A DNA stretch of 63,477 nt, filler included, from Octopus bimaculoides (taxonomy: Eukaryota), in the NCBI RefSeq assembly GCF_001194135.2. It is 5 parts of 4 records of this genome, joined end to end, with 100 filler letters (N's around TTAATTAATTAA, not from the genome) between each part and the next. Parts side by side here need not be neighbours in the genome. Positions count along the whole stretch, not along the records: positions 1 to 28,699 come from NC_068999.1; 4 more parts are not named here. One strand, 5' to 3'. Of the stretch, positions 13,365 to 25,459 are shown piece after piece. Position numbers and translations under genes: made by a program. The notes under the pieces were generated by a model. It ran no database searches. It saw nothing but the letters and a program-made list of their open reading frames with translations, and was not told the origin of the DNA. How positions within the stretch are numbered: position 1 is the stretch's first letter; every line of letters starts with the position of its first letter.

Positions 13365-14361
13365 AAGACCTTCTTGAAATATGGACAGTTTGAAAGGAAT
13401 ACACAGGACGTTAAGGACAATAAAGCATCGAGGGCATGGCTTGAGCGAGGTGATTTGAATCGTACCACCGAAAGCCTGATCATTGCTGCACAAGTCCAGT
13501 CTCTCGCTACCAATTCAGTGAAGTATAAAATCTATAAAACTTTTGACACCCAGAAATACAGACTCTGTGGAATGAGTGTGGAAAATGTGACTCACTTGGT
13601 AAGTAGGTGTGAGTGCTTCACACAAAAAGAACACAAGCGTCGTCATGATAAAATGTGTGTCTAGCTTCATTGGCTCTTATGTCGTAAATACCAACATGAA
13701 GTAACAGAGAACTGGTATGAGAATGTACCAAGAAAAGTTATGCAGGAAGATGGAAAAGTAACGATACTCTAGGACTATGATTTTCAGACGGATCGTGTAA
13801 TGGAACACTGTCGGCCGGATATTGTTATTTTAAATAAGAGAGACAAATACTGTCAGATCATTGATGTAGCCATACTAAAATGATAGGAATGTTGTGAGTA
13901 AAGAGGTTGAAAAAGTGCCAAGTACTCCGAATTAAAAATGGAAATGGCAAGACTGTATGGAATGCGAGAAGGTAATGTAAAGGCGTTACCAGTGGTGATC
14001 GGAGCGTTGGGCTCAAACCCATTGAAACTTCAAAACATGAGGAAAGTGTCTAATATCTAAGTTGAGGTAGGGTCACTCGGAGAACTAACAACTAAGTTAG
14101 AGATATACGTTACAGGAATCGGAATTGACATGAGAGCAGAACAGGCCCAAAATGCAGCTCTGAAGGGGACAGCTAAGATTTTGAGATTGATACTTGTGTG
14201 TTGAATGTCTTCCACAATAATTAAGAACCATTTATCAAAACTTATAATGTGCGGAAAAAAAACCCTGTTGGACCTCTGACAGCAACCTGCTGTCCGCTCT
14301 GACCGAATCTACCAGAGCAAACGAAACCGAGTGCTTTGAGAAGTAAAACAATAATAATAAT
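13365..14361 (+). mobile_element. 5'-truncated R4/Dong-clade non-LTR retrotransposon (zinc knuckle, restriction-like endonuclease, 3' UTR, (AAT)n tail)
   Basis: WLERGDLNRTTESLIIAAQVQSLATN, (Y)RLCGMSVENVTHLVSRC, EHKRRHD, RPDIVI..IIDVAI, KYSEL, PVVIGALG, AALKGTAKILR, stop at 14202-14204. Several stops and two frameshifts. Tail aataataataat at 14350-14361. Confidence 0.9.
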
Positions 14362-15068
14362 CACAGGAAGAAGAATGCTGATGATGATGATGAGAAGGAA
14401 GAGGAAGATGAGGTGTAGGAGGAAGATCATGTGGAGGAGGAGTGGAAGGAGGAGGATTTCTGTTAATGATAATAATTATGATATTGATAACGTGAGTGCG
14501 AAACGAGAAGGAGGATCTGTGGTGTAGTTTGAAATGTAACAAATAGCAGTTGGACATTCTTCATATTATGTCGCCGAGTTTTCAGAAAACATCACACTGG
14601 TATATGTAGCCAGATGAAAGCTATTCCTGAACCAATAATAATAATAATAATGACAACAACAACAAAAACAAAAACAGCAACAACAGTGACGTGGGTAATA
14701 GATGAGATTGATCATCTCCGACTTGGTCAAAATCAACAAGAACAAAAACAACAACGGCGGTAATAAGTAATTTGCGAAATCTGCAAACATCACGTGCACA
14801 GAAACTGTCAAACGTAACAAAAAAATAAATAAAAAACTAGAAAAAATTACAATTTATGAAAAAAAAAATGTTATGGATTTACAGGTGATTAAATGTCAAT
14901 TAATGTCAGTAATTGCTTAGATAAACTCATTTCTATGCTTGTGTTAGATTCATTAGCTTGTGTTTATTCGATGATGTGAACATGTCGAAAAGAGCTTTCA
15001 GCAGATTTCGTCTTAGTTAATAACTACCTCATTCCGAATTCAGAAGATTTCTATGGAAAACATCAAGA

Positions 15069-15104
<36 letters not shown>

Positions 15105-15274
15105 TACACACACACACACACACGCATATATGGCGAGAGAGAGAGAGAGAGAGAGAGAGGCAGAGAGGCAGACAGGCAGAGAGAGAAAGAAACAAAGAGG
15201 TAGAGGGAGAAGAGAGAAAGAGATACAGGTATACATGAATAATTAGATATATACATGTGTGTGTATATATACAA

Positions 15275-15306
<32 letters not shown>

Positions 15307-15316
15307 NNNNNNNNNN

Positions 15317-15351
<35 letters not shown>

Positions 15352-15736
15352 ACTTACGACGGGTAAACTGTCGTCCTCTTATATCTATATATTTTTTCGC
15401 GCATGCGCATTGTTTTAGACCTCGATTTTCTCGACTTCACAGTATAGTAGAGTCAGTTGGGCATCGTCTGTAAGAAAAACAGCACAATAACGCGATTCCC
15501 TCTGCCAGATATTTGGAAACGACATGCTGTAACGGTTGGCATTCCCGCTGGAAACTCCAGTACGAATATTTCATAGTGTCTGGGTGTCAATGTGAGGACA
15601 GAGCGATCTGATGACATGTACCGAGAGTGATAAAAATCAAACAGACAGTCAACATCATGGTGTTTTAGTGTGCGTATGTGTGTGTATATATGCGTGTGTG
15701 TGTATATATATATATATATATGTGTGTGTATTTGTG

Positions 15737-15779
<43 letters not shown>

Positions 15780-15879
15780 GTATATATGCAGCAGTTCCAC
15801 TCTACACATGTGTACACAACTCTAGCGATTGTGCAGAGAACGTTTATACTTGAACCAAAAGATTCATAATTAGCTTCCC

Positions 15880-16010
15880 TCTACTAAACCGACACCACAA
15901 ATCTTTATTGGATCGGACCTCTACTTGCTGATATCTCTCTAAGTTATTTCAGAGTGGAACTGAACCCAGGGCCACAAATTTGGCTAGCAAATTTTCTGAA
16001 GCGCACATTC
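15880..16010 (-). mobile_element. Very old SINE A-like fragment
   Basis: ctctactaaa..cacaaatcttt..ggatcgg..gtggaactgaacccagggccac resembles the reverse complement of SINE A. Confidence 0.4.
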
Positions 16011-16420
16011 CATGCTCCCACTGTACGCTATTATATGATTTACAACAAATATAAAAATATTTTTTGCGATGTAAATACACGCCAGGTCTCTAGTTTAGAA
16101 ACATATTTAAGGACAATAATTGTTACATTCAATTGTTCTTTAGTCGAGTGAAAACAGAATATTTTGTATCACCTTTAGGCAGGAAGCGGTAATAAATATA
16201 CCATAAACATCAAAAGACAAACAAGCTACATAATAGTCATGTTTTCGTTTTCTCTTACGTTTATTGTTTGTTTATTTGTATTTACATGTTTTCCTGAGGA
16301 TGAGTTGTATCTCATTAATTTCATTAAAATGTTAAGACAGAAATATATCTCCTCAAGATTTCAGGAAAGCGTTTATTGTATGCGAGGGAATATGTGATAG
16401 ATTTGAATGTATGTATTATT

Positions 16421-16454
<34 letters not shown>

Positions 16455-16692
16455 NNNNNNNNNNNNNNNNNNNNNNNNNNNNNNNNNNNNNNNNNNNNNN
16501 NNNNNNNNNNNNNNNNNNNNNNNNNNNNNNNNNNNNNNNNNNNNNNNNNNNNNNNNNNNNNNNNNNNNNNNNNNNNNNNNNNNNNNNNNNNNNNNNNNNN
16601 NNNNNNNNNNNNNNNNNNNNNNNNNNNNNNNNNNNNNNNNNNNNNNNNNNNNNNNNNNNNNNNNNNNNNNNNNNNNNNNNNNNNNNNNNNNN

Positions 16693-16728
<36 letters not shown>

Positions 16729-17436
16729 GAGAATGTGATGTGTAATTGTTTGCTCTGAGAACCTAGTTTTTGTCGATTATATACTGTTTATTTTCTTCGT
16801 TTTCTTTCTAGATAAAATGAATGACTAATGAATTTTAATTACTATTAAGCTGCATTCTTGCAGATGGGATATTGTGGTATAATTAATAATTATATCTACA
16901 TATTAATTTACCCTAAGGTAAGCGAGGCAAGATTTATTAAAAAGAATATATTGGAATCCTACTCTTTATCATCTTTTCATTGGTTTCATTCTCATAAGAG
17001 AAAACATATTTATATACAAATATCGAAAATAATGATTTTTTAAAATATATATTTATATATAATTGTAAAAAAATATTCAATGAGCTTCTAATAGATTCTC
17101 TTGGAGAATACACAGATGAATATCTATATGTGGTAGGGATGTGTGTGAAAATGGGAATGACTAAAGGGAGAGTGAAGCTAGAATGTATAAAATCTGCGGT
17201 GTCTGTGTGTGTATGTCACCACTTCCGCCTCCTGGATGTTATGCCAACTAATTGCTGAGTGCTGCATACGGTTTTTGATGGTAGGGTCAGAAGTTCCAAT
17301 CCTAGAATGAAACATTTAATTATCAGTATATTACTTTCTTCAATCCAATTAAAAGGATTTCATTACGTTTCTATCCGTTGTGGTATATAAAATGCCAACT
17401 CGAGAAGCAAAATTATATGTAGTTATTCTTCTCTAG

Positions 17437-17606
17437 TTTAGAAAAACAATTAAGGACAATGACGAGACTAAAAATGCTATGGGCGCCATCACTAAAGAAC
17501 TTCGTGTGTGGGATTGGACTATCAGAAATGCTGTGAGCAACGACATTCGGTTTTTGTTGTATGTACTGAGGAGAGATCAATACATGTCTACAAAAGCACA
17601 GCAAAA
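17437..17606 (+). pseudogene. Tc1/mariner DD37D (maT-like) transposase fragment, HTH region
   Basis: FRKTIKDNDETKNAMGAITKELRVWDWTIRNAVSNDIRFLLYVLRRDQYMSTKAQ resembles the IxEDPxKSMRxIAxELxVSExTIRxxVxEDIRYxSYVxRRGQFMS pattern. Confidence 0.55.
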
Positions 17607-20039
17607 AAATATTTAATTAGTTTAAATGTACACAAATGCACAAAAATAATTTTTAATACTATTAGACATACTAAAATACTATTAAATTTCATTCAATTTT
17701 GAAAAAGGTAAAATCGGACAGAACTTATGGCATGACCTGATATTTCAAATCCATCGCCAAGTTATCCAGGTTTCAATACTTAGAGAAATACCATCTCCCT
17801 ACGATTGACTTTGGGTGGCATCTAGCGAGCAGCCTAGCTGTTATAAGACCAACCCGAACGTATAGAACAATTCTAAGTGAAACCCACCTGGCAACAGTAT
17901 CTGATTCCTTCGGCACTTTATCATCTTTCAACCATGACGGTCTTCTAGACATTATTCCTGCATAGAAAGCCTCCTATTTGCTGGCAGCTTTGCTTCCAAA
18001 TCCATGCTATAAACATTGGTTACTATTCAATCACAGTCAAACATTTCTAACAGGATTCACCACAATGTACACTAAGCTAAAATCAGACAAGCTCTGGTTA
18101 CTTTAAAGAAACAGGAGTAACAAGTGTGACAATATCATTCCCATTTCCATTAACGCAATCGCCCATTTCCATTAACGCAGTCTATAGATGAACCTATCGT
18201 GACCTGGGACAAAGTCCTAATCATTCGTCGTAAATTATGTCATTTGGTGCCCTATTTTCATCTCCTGCATCCAAATGTCATAGTTATGCAAATTAGACAC
18301 CTCGCGCCAAACTTGCACTCGCTCCAACACAGTTGAATTTTAAGACATTCGTCGATGGTTTCTTGTACGCAGTGTCTATTTGAAACCACACTCAAAACAC
18401 GTTGAAGAAAACTCTTTAACAGCCGACTCTCTGCCGCCAACAAAATATAAGCAACATGTAACTAGAAACATCAAGATTGCTACACATGCAAGTTGTTTAT
18501 GCGTACATACATATTCACATACACAAAAATACACAAACACAAATATATATATATATATATATACGTATTCAAAGTATATACTCACAAACGGCTGCATGTG
18601 TGTCTGCGTGAGTGTGTGTGTACATTTTTGTATGTGTCTAAGCACATGGATGAAGTTGATTACGCTTTATTTCTCTATGTGCCTACATAACGTTGTCTAC
18701 AGTATAGAACGCAACATTGTATTCGTCATATACGTATATACAATATATATGCTGTACTAACCTATTAACGCTATAAATCTACTATCTTTGTCTATTTAGA
18801 GTGAAATATGTGCAACGGAAGCGGGTTTCCGATTTAAAACCAATTTCAATGCAGGTATTTGCTTGTTCCAATCTTATAATTGCTAACTGTGATAGTGACT
18901 TGCAGGTAATTATTAAGAATATGAGAGACTACTAAAGATCTATAATCCATTAAGTATTCCAAAATTAAAGTAGAATAAATGTCTGTTTTTGTATTAATGG
19001 CATTTAATAAAATTAATACTTTAGCATTTATGTCCATTAATGTATTTGTTTGTCATTTATCTTTCTCTAGACAGTCCCATTGAGCTATTGAAATACATCA
19101 ACTCTGAAAATTAGTAAAACTGGAGTTGCCGGAGCCTAAATCTATGAGTTTACTTCATTAACAGCTTCAGCTGTGAGGCTATTTTCTCCTCTTTCTATAG
19201 ATGTTCAGTGTTAAATTCTCTACAGGGAAAACTCCGAAGCTGGAAGTAGTTAAAACGCGTTTTGCTATACATGCACACCAACAACTCCTACACACACAGA
19301 CGCAATCACACACACACATGCACACACACACCCAAGCACATATATATAATCCATATCTAAGTCAAGAGAACTTAGCTCTTACATAAGGGATGAAACCCTA
19401 AAAAAAACATGCATTATTGACGTGGAATCCAGTAATTAAGACTGTTATCCTTCTGTATTATACGTAAAACCACATAAATTGGTTTTATATAGCGATAACT
19501 AATGACGTTACAGCAAGAGAAATAGTTAACTACATGATATTAAGATTACAGTCATATATAAACTACAATTTAATCACATTCACAAAATATACAATATCAA
19601 ACAATGGCGAATTCTGCATAATATGGTCAATACTATCCACAATATTTGAGTCGTATTATAAATCCTATCATAAGAATTCCATGTAGTTCTCAGGTTAAAC
19701 TCTGAAACTTAAATCCTTTTACAGTTATTAGTAAAGGAATGATTGTTGTAGAGTTATAAGCATTACTGAGCAATGACATTCATGATGATTCTTTTATTTT
19801 CAGAGAACCACTAGCTATTTCTTAGTTGATATTTCCTTCGTATTTCTCATTTTGTAAACCAAAGTTTCCTTAGGATTCTCTTTTGAAACGTACCCAATCT
19901 CGTAGATGGGTTCTTTAATCCAAAGAGTCAGCACACGATGACCATCAAGAAGGAGTAAAAGCATTCAACACATTCCAAATCTCACTTTCGGATGGAATCG
20001 AAGTGCGTGACGTAATCATTCACTTAGTAGGAGTAAAAC

Positions 20040-20330
20040 ACAAGAGTTGGAAAAGGAATAACAACATCATTGAGTACCGGAAAATGGCATAACTGGTTTT
20101 GATTTTACTTTAATATTACTGGAAGCCGTTGTTTCTGAAAATATAAGATTGTTTGCAACTATGGAATGAAACAATTCGACTGAAGGTGAATGGTTCTGCT
20201 TGAATCCTCAATGCAATTTTACTTCTCGATGGAAACTGTTGAACAAATCTTTCTTCTGTGCGTTCCGGACACAAAGATGGAGATAATGCAAATGCTGCTT
20301 AGCAGAATCACTTCGACAGAATTATAGTAG
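20040..20330 (+). pseudogene. Possible L1/Tx1-like ORF2 C-terminal relic
   Basis: FYFSMETVEQIFLLC at about 20220 resembles the CxFCxxETVEHIFxxC zinc-finger motif, with KWHNW upstream. Heavily decayed. Confidence 0.3.
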
Positions 20331-21075
20331 AATGTACTTGATGATATCAGTACACTTGCCTTTCTGATCGGTTGCTAGTTGTGTTTTCTTTTACTTATAG
20401 AATATGTTGGGCAACTTTACCTGAATATTTTGGTGCTCCCACTGCGGAGATTATTACCAGCAAAGTGAAATGTTACTAGGCAACCTATTACAGGGCCTGA
20501 ATAGTTTTGCTACTCCAATTTTATATATAAATGCGACTTTACACTTTGCAGGAGACACGTTTCAAATCTCTAAATATCTATAATGCCAAATTCCAGTGTT
20601 CCATATTATTTTAAAACGATGCTTAATGTCGAAAATATTTTTAGCTTTTGCGGAATAGTTCATGGATTTCTAGAGATTCGTAAATTGCCGAACAGCAGGA
20701 GGCTAATGTTTAAATATATTCAGACTTGCAAGATTCTCATTTTCTTTATTTGTTACATATATTTTTTTGAAATTCCACTTCTAAAAAACATAAAATTATA
20801 AGGTAGGGAAATATTTTATTTCATAAATAAAATTATATGGAAAATATTAAACACACTGAACAAAACTCGGTGAGTGTATTATTTATTTTCTACATTAGAT
20901 ATATTTATTCGGAAAATATTAAACAAACTAAACACGACATTTATTTATTTTTCTCTCTGTCTTTAAATAATTCTATTGACAAACTATTTGTTAGCTAAAT
21001 ATGTAACGATATAAATACTAAAACCATAACTAAAATTATTTCCAAATGTATCAAGAGGGATGAGCTACGTGCTTT

Positions 21076-21109
21076 TTGGAGTAAAGCACCAATTGGAGTA
21101 AAGCACCAA
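21076..21109 (+). repeat. Perfect 17-bp tandem duplication
   Basis: ttggagtaaagcaccaa occurs twice in tandem. Confidence 0.9.
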
Positions 21110-21289
21110 AGAACACCTAAGAAACAAAAGAATATGTTACTTGATTAGAGTTTTAACGAACTAAACGGGCTCTTATAGAGAAGAAAGACTAAGTTTAAAA
21201 AATAAGTTATTAACATCTGATTCGTACTGCTAACAGCTTCTTGGCGAGGTTTAGGCATTTACTGAAAGAACAGAACCCATCTCACCAAT

Positions 21290-21570
21290 CAGTTTCTTTT
21301 TTTTACATCTTCCGACCACATATGTTTTGTTCTCGTGAAGTTCATCCGAAGATATACAACTAAGCTCTGTGTGTTCCGTTCCGACAACATGGTCTGCAGC
21401 TGGTCTGTGGTGTCAATGATGAGTATAATGTTATCTGCAAATTGGAGGTATGTCAGTTGCTTGCCGTAGATTTTCACGCCACTTCTCTCGTTGATGTCCT
21501 TCCCGATCATTTCTAGACATAGGTTAAAGAGATTTGGAGGAATGGTGTCGCTTGCTTGTCATCCTGGTGT
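21290..21570 (-). pseudogene. RTE-clade LINE reverse transcriptase fragment
   Basis: G*QASDTIPPNLFNLCLEMIGKDINERSGVKIYGKQLTYLQFADNIILI..QLQTML..MNFTRTKHM matches RT motifs GxRQGDxxSPxLF and LxFADD (second D mutated to N). Confidence 0.85.
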
Positions 21571-21951
21571 TGGTAGCAGACATTTCAACACCAGTAAGTT
21601 GTGTGCCCATAAGTACATGCATGTGTGTGTGTGGTTATGCATGAAGTTGAAGATTCATTTAAAATTTAAAAAATCTAAACGAATTCGAAAACATTTTCAG
21701 TCACTTGTTTTTAGATTTCTAACTGTGTGGTATAAAATAACTTTATTTTCTATACATACATACATACAAACATACATACATACATACAAACGTACATACA
21801 TGCATATAGGTATGTACGCATGTAGGTATGTGTACGGAGGGATGTGTACGTGTGTGACTCAAAAATGTAATAGAAGGAGATTTATGAAAATGACAATCAA
21901 CAAAGGAAAAAATCTAATAATAACATGTAGATGATAAGGACGAAGGTTGAT

Positions 21952-22015
<64 letters not shown>
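21952..22015 (+). repeat. (TGA)n microsatellite followed by degenerate (GGT)/(GAA)/(GGA) triplets
   Basis: Direct reading. Explains the poly-H/S/I ORFs in the track. Confidence 0.95.
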
Positions 22016-22016
<1 letters not shown>

Positions 22017-22779
22017 GTGGTGGTGGCGGTGGTGTTGGTGGTGGTTTTGGGGTTGTGGTATTGGTAGTGGTGAAGAAGAAGTAGAAGACGAAGAAGGAGG
22101 AGGAGGAGGAGGGAGAGAATTTGTATAAATTCTTCCAAACATGACACATAATAATTTTGAGTAATTAATGAAATAATTGAACAAGGATTACAAATTTCTA
22201 CGATAGAAATCAATTGATCACCTTCGGAATGAACCATGTTCTAGACAATGTGCATGATTAAACAAGGCAAATGACCACCACTCCCCATATCCGGCATAAT
22301 GGCAGCAAAGGAAGACAACAAGAAAAATAGATGAAAAACAAAAAAAAAAAACAAAAAAAAACAAAAACAGAGAGACACCTCAAACGAGTTCTTGAAATAG
22401 AGAGTGACTTATTTTGACGGAAGCAAATTAATGGTAACATCGTAAACACCATTGCTAATCTTCCACTTAGTGGAAATAACTTGATCGAAGAACACTTGAA
22501 TGCATTGACTATATTAACTTTACTCTCAGCAGCGAATTTTAGAGTCTGTAATTATACGACGGTGCACACATATATGTTTGTCTGTGTGTGTTTGTGCATG
22601 TGTCTCAGTTTGTGTGTGAGTGTGTTTGCTTGTTTGTGTCTGTGCATCTGTGTGTGTGTCTATATGGATAGTTATTCATACACCTACGTGCAAAATTACA
22701 TACACACATATGTACATAAGTACATACATATATACAAACAAATAAACACATACGTACATGCATGCTTGTATGTATGTAA

Positions 22780-22860
<81 letters not shown>

Positions 22861-24602
22861 NNNNNNNNNNNNNNNNNNNNNNNNNNNNNNNNNNNNNNNN
22901 NNNNNNNNNNNNNNNNNNNNNNNNNNNNNNNNNNNNNNNNNNNNNNNNNNNNNNNNNNNNNNNNNNNNNNNNNNNNNNNNNNNNNNNNNNNNNNNNNNNN
23001 NNNNNNNNNNNNNNNNNNNNNNNNNNNNNNNNNNNNNNNNNNNNNNNNNNNNNNNNNNNNNNNNNNNNNNNNNNNNNNNNNNNNNNNNNNNNNNNNNNNN
23101 NNNNNNNNNNNNNNNNNNNNNNNNNNNNNNNNNNNNNNNNNNNNNNNNNNNNNNNNNNNNNNNNNNNNNNNNNNNNNNNNNNNNNNNNNNNNNNNNNNNN
23201 NNNNNNNNNNNNNNNNNNNNNNNNNNNNNNNNNNNNNNNNNNNNNNNNNNNNNNNNNNNNNNNNNNNNNNNNNNNNNNNNNNNNNNNNNNNNNNNNNNNN
23301 NNNNNNNNNNNNNNNNNNNNNNNNNNNNNNNNNNNNNNNNNNNNNNNNNNNNNNNNNNNNNNNNNNNNNNNNNNNNNNNNNNNNNNNNNNNNNNNNNNNN
23401 NNNNNNNNNNNNNNNNNNNNNNNNNNNNNNNNNNNNNNNNNNNNNNNNNNNNNNNNNNNNNNNNNNNNNNNNNNNNNNNNNNNNNNNNNNNNNNNNNNNN
23501 NNNNNNNNNNNNNNNNTATATTTATATATATATATATGCGTGTGTGTATCTATGTATATATGGAATTTAATATATATATCCATGTATGTGTGTGTATATT
23601 TGTATATATGTGTGCATGCTTTTCTTTTTAGTTTCGATTAACATTACTTAATTCCTTTCTCACAATCCTCATCTTCTCTCTTTCCTGTGTTTTTTTTTGT
23701 ACGTTTCTTTTCTTTTTTTCATTTATATGTCTTTTCTTCATAGCATCTCTTTCAAGTATAGCATCAATTCCACTAAATGTTCTCTATTTCTCTCCAGACG
23801 TTCGACTATAGAACTATAGCTAGCACTGAACTAACAGCCAGTCCATAAACTTAAGAAATCTTAGCAACCTTACCGAGAACTAAAACCACAAAACCACAAA
23901 AACTACTACAAAAAGAATACACAAATACGTATAAAAGTATAAAAGTAGTATTAGATCACTAAATACAACACATAGAAAAGAAATAATTGACAGTCCAGAA
24001 AGTAGTTTTAAGTTTATTTCACGTAATTTTACTTCGCGTTTACTTTAGTAATTTTGTAAGAAACTTTATTTTTATAGTACTCGCAAAAACCTGTGTTTCC
24101 AAACTGTTCATTATATCAGAGAATCTTGGAAGCTTTCTCGCAATTAAATGTAATGTCTATTTTACTTAATACCACGTAATGTATGTATATGTCGTTTCTT
24201 TATTTGTTTCTTTTCTCTTCTATAGCTCTTTTCGTTCTTTATTTTATATATCAATTTAATTTCCCAAACTCATTGACAGTTGACCGCCTCAAAGGCTGCT
24301 TTGCACTGAAATGAATCATACAGTAAAACGAACAAAAATCTTTATCCTTCTTATGTATCTCACACCTATAAACTGTTCAATAATTACATATGTGCGCGTA
24401 GGTACAGGCACACACATACACAAACACACACACAAACACAAACACACACGCACAAAGATAGATCTGTGTGTGCATGTGTGTGATTGTGTATATATGTGTG
24501 TGAGTGGGTGTAGGTATATAGGTGTGTATGTGGGGTGTTTGTGTGTGTATGCAATTTTATGTACACGCATATGTTTATATATGTATATATAAATTATACA
24601 TC

Positions 24603-24659
<57 letters not shown>

Positions 24660-24673
24660 ATATTATATATATG

Positions 24674-24709
<36 letters not shown>

Positions 24710-25459
24710 CATAAATATATATANNNNNNNNNNNNNNNNNNNNNNNNNNNNNNNNNNNNNNNNNNNNNNNNNNNNNNNNNNNNNNNNNNNNNNNNNNNNN
24801 NNNNNNNNNNNNNNNNNNNNNNNNNNNNNNNNNNNNNNNNNNNNNNNNNNNNNNNNNNNNNNNNNNNNNNNNNNNNNNNNNNNNNNNNNNNNNNNNNNNN
24901 NNNNNNNNNNNNNNNNNNNNNNNNNNNNNNNNNNNNNNNNNNNNNNNNNNNNNNNNNNNNNNNNNNNNNNNNNNNNNNNNNNNNNNNNNNNNNNNNNNNN
25001 NNNNNNNNNNNNNNNNNNNNNNNNNNNNNNNNNNNNNNNNNNNNNNNNNNNNNNNNNNNNNNNNNNNNNNNNNNNNNNNNNNNNNNNNNNNNNNNNNNNN
25101 NNNNNNNNNNNNNNNNNNNNNNNNNNNNNNNNNNNNNNNNNNNNNNNNNNNNNNNNNNNNNNNNNNNNNNNNNNNNNNNNNNNNNNNNNNNNNNNNNNNN
25201 NNNNNNNNNNNNNNNNNNNNNNNNNNNNNNNNNNNNNNNNNNNNNNNNNNNNNNNNNNNNNNNNNNNNNNNNNNNNNNNNNNNNNNNNNNNNNNNNNNNN
25301 NNNNNNNNNNNNNNNNNNNNNNNNNNNNNNNNNNNNNNNNNNNNNNNNNNNNNNNNNNNNNNNNNNNNNNNNNNNNNNNNNNNNNNNNNNNNNNNNNNNN
25401 NNNNNNNNNNNNNNNNNNNNNNNNNNNNNNNNNNNNNNNNNNNNNNNNNNNNNNNNNNA

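Noticed and set aside
15608-15640. CTGATGA box followed by a weak stem
   Set aside because: No GAAA box at the right distance.
16286-16330. CTGAGGA-TGAG-ttgtat-CTCA, hammerhead-like start near (TA)n
   Set aside because: TTAA replaces the required GAAA box and there is no valid stem III or cleavage triplet. At most a heavily decayed remnant.
19066-19125. Acceptor-like tract then SPIELLKYINSEN*
   Set aside because: Short and unsupported as a terminal exon.
19900-19990. Minus-strand LLLLDGHRV resembling the pogo/Tigger LLLDGH motif
   Set aside because: A single short motif with no flanking support, and the opposite strand fits a LINE relic better.
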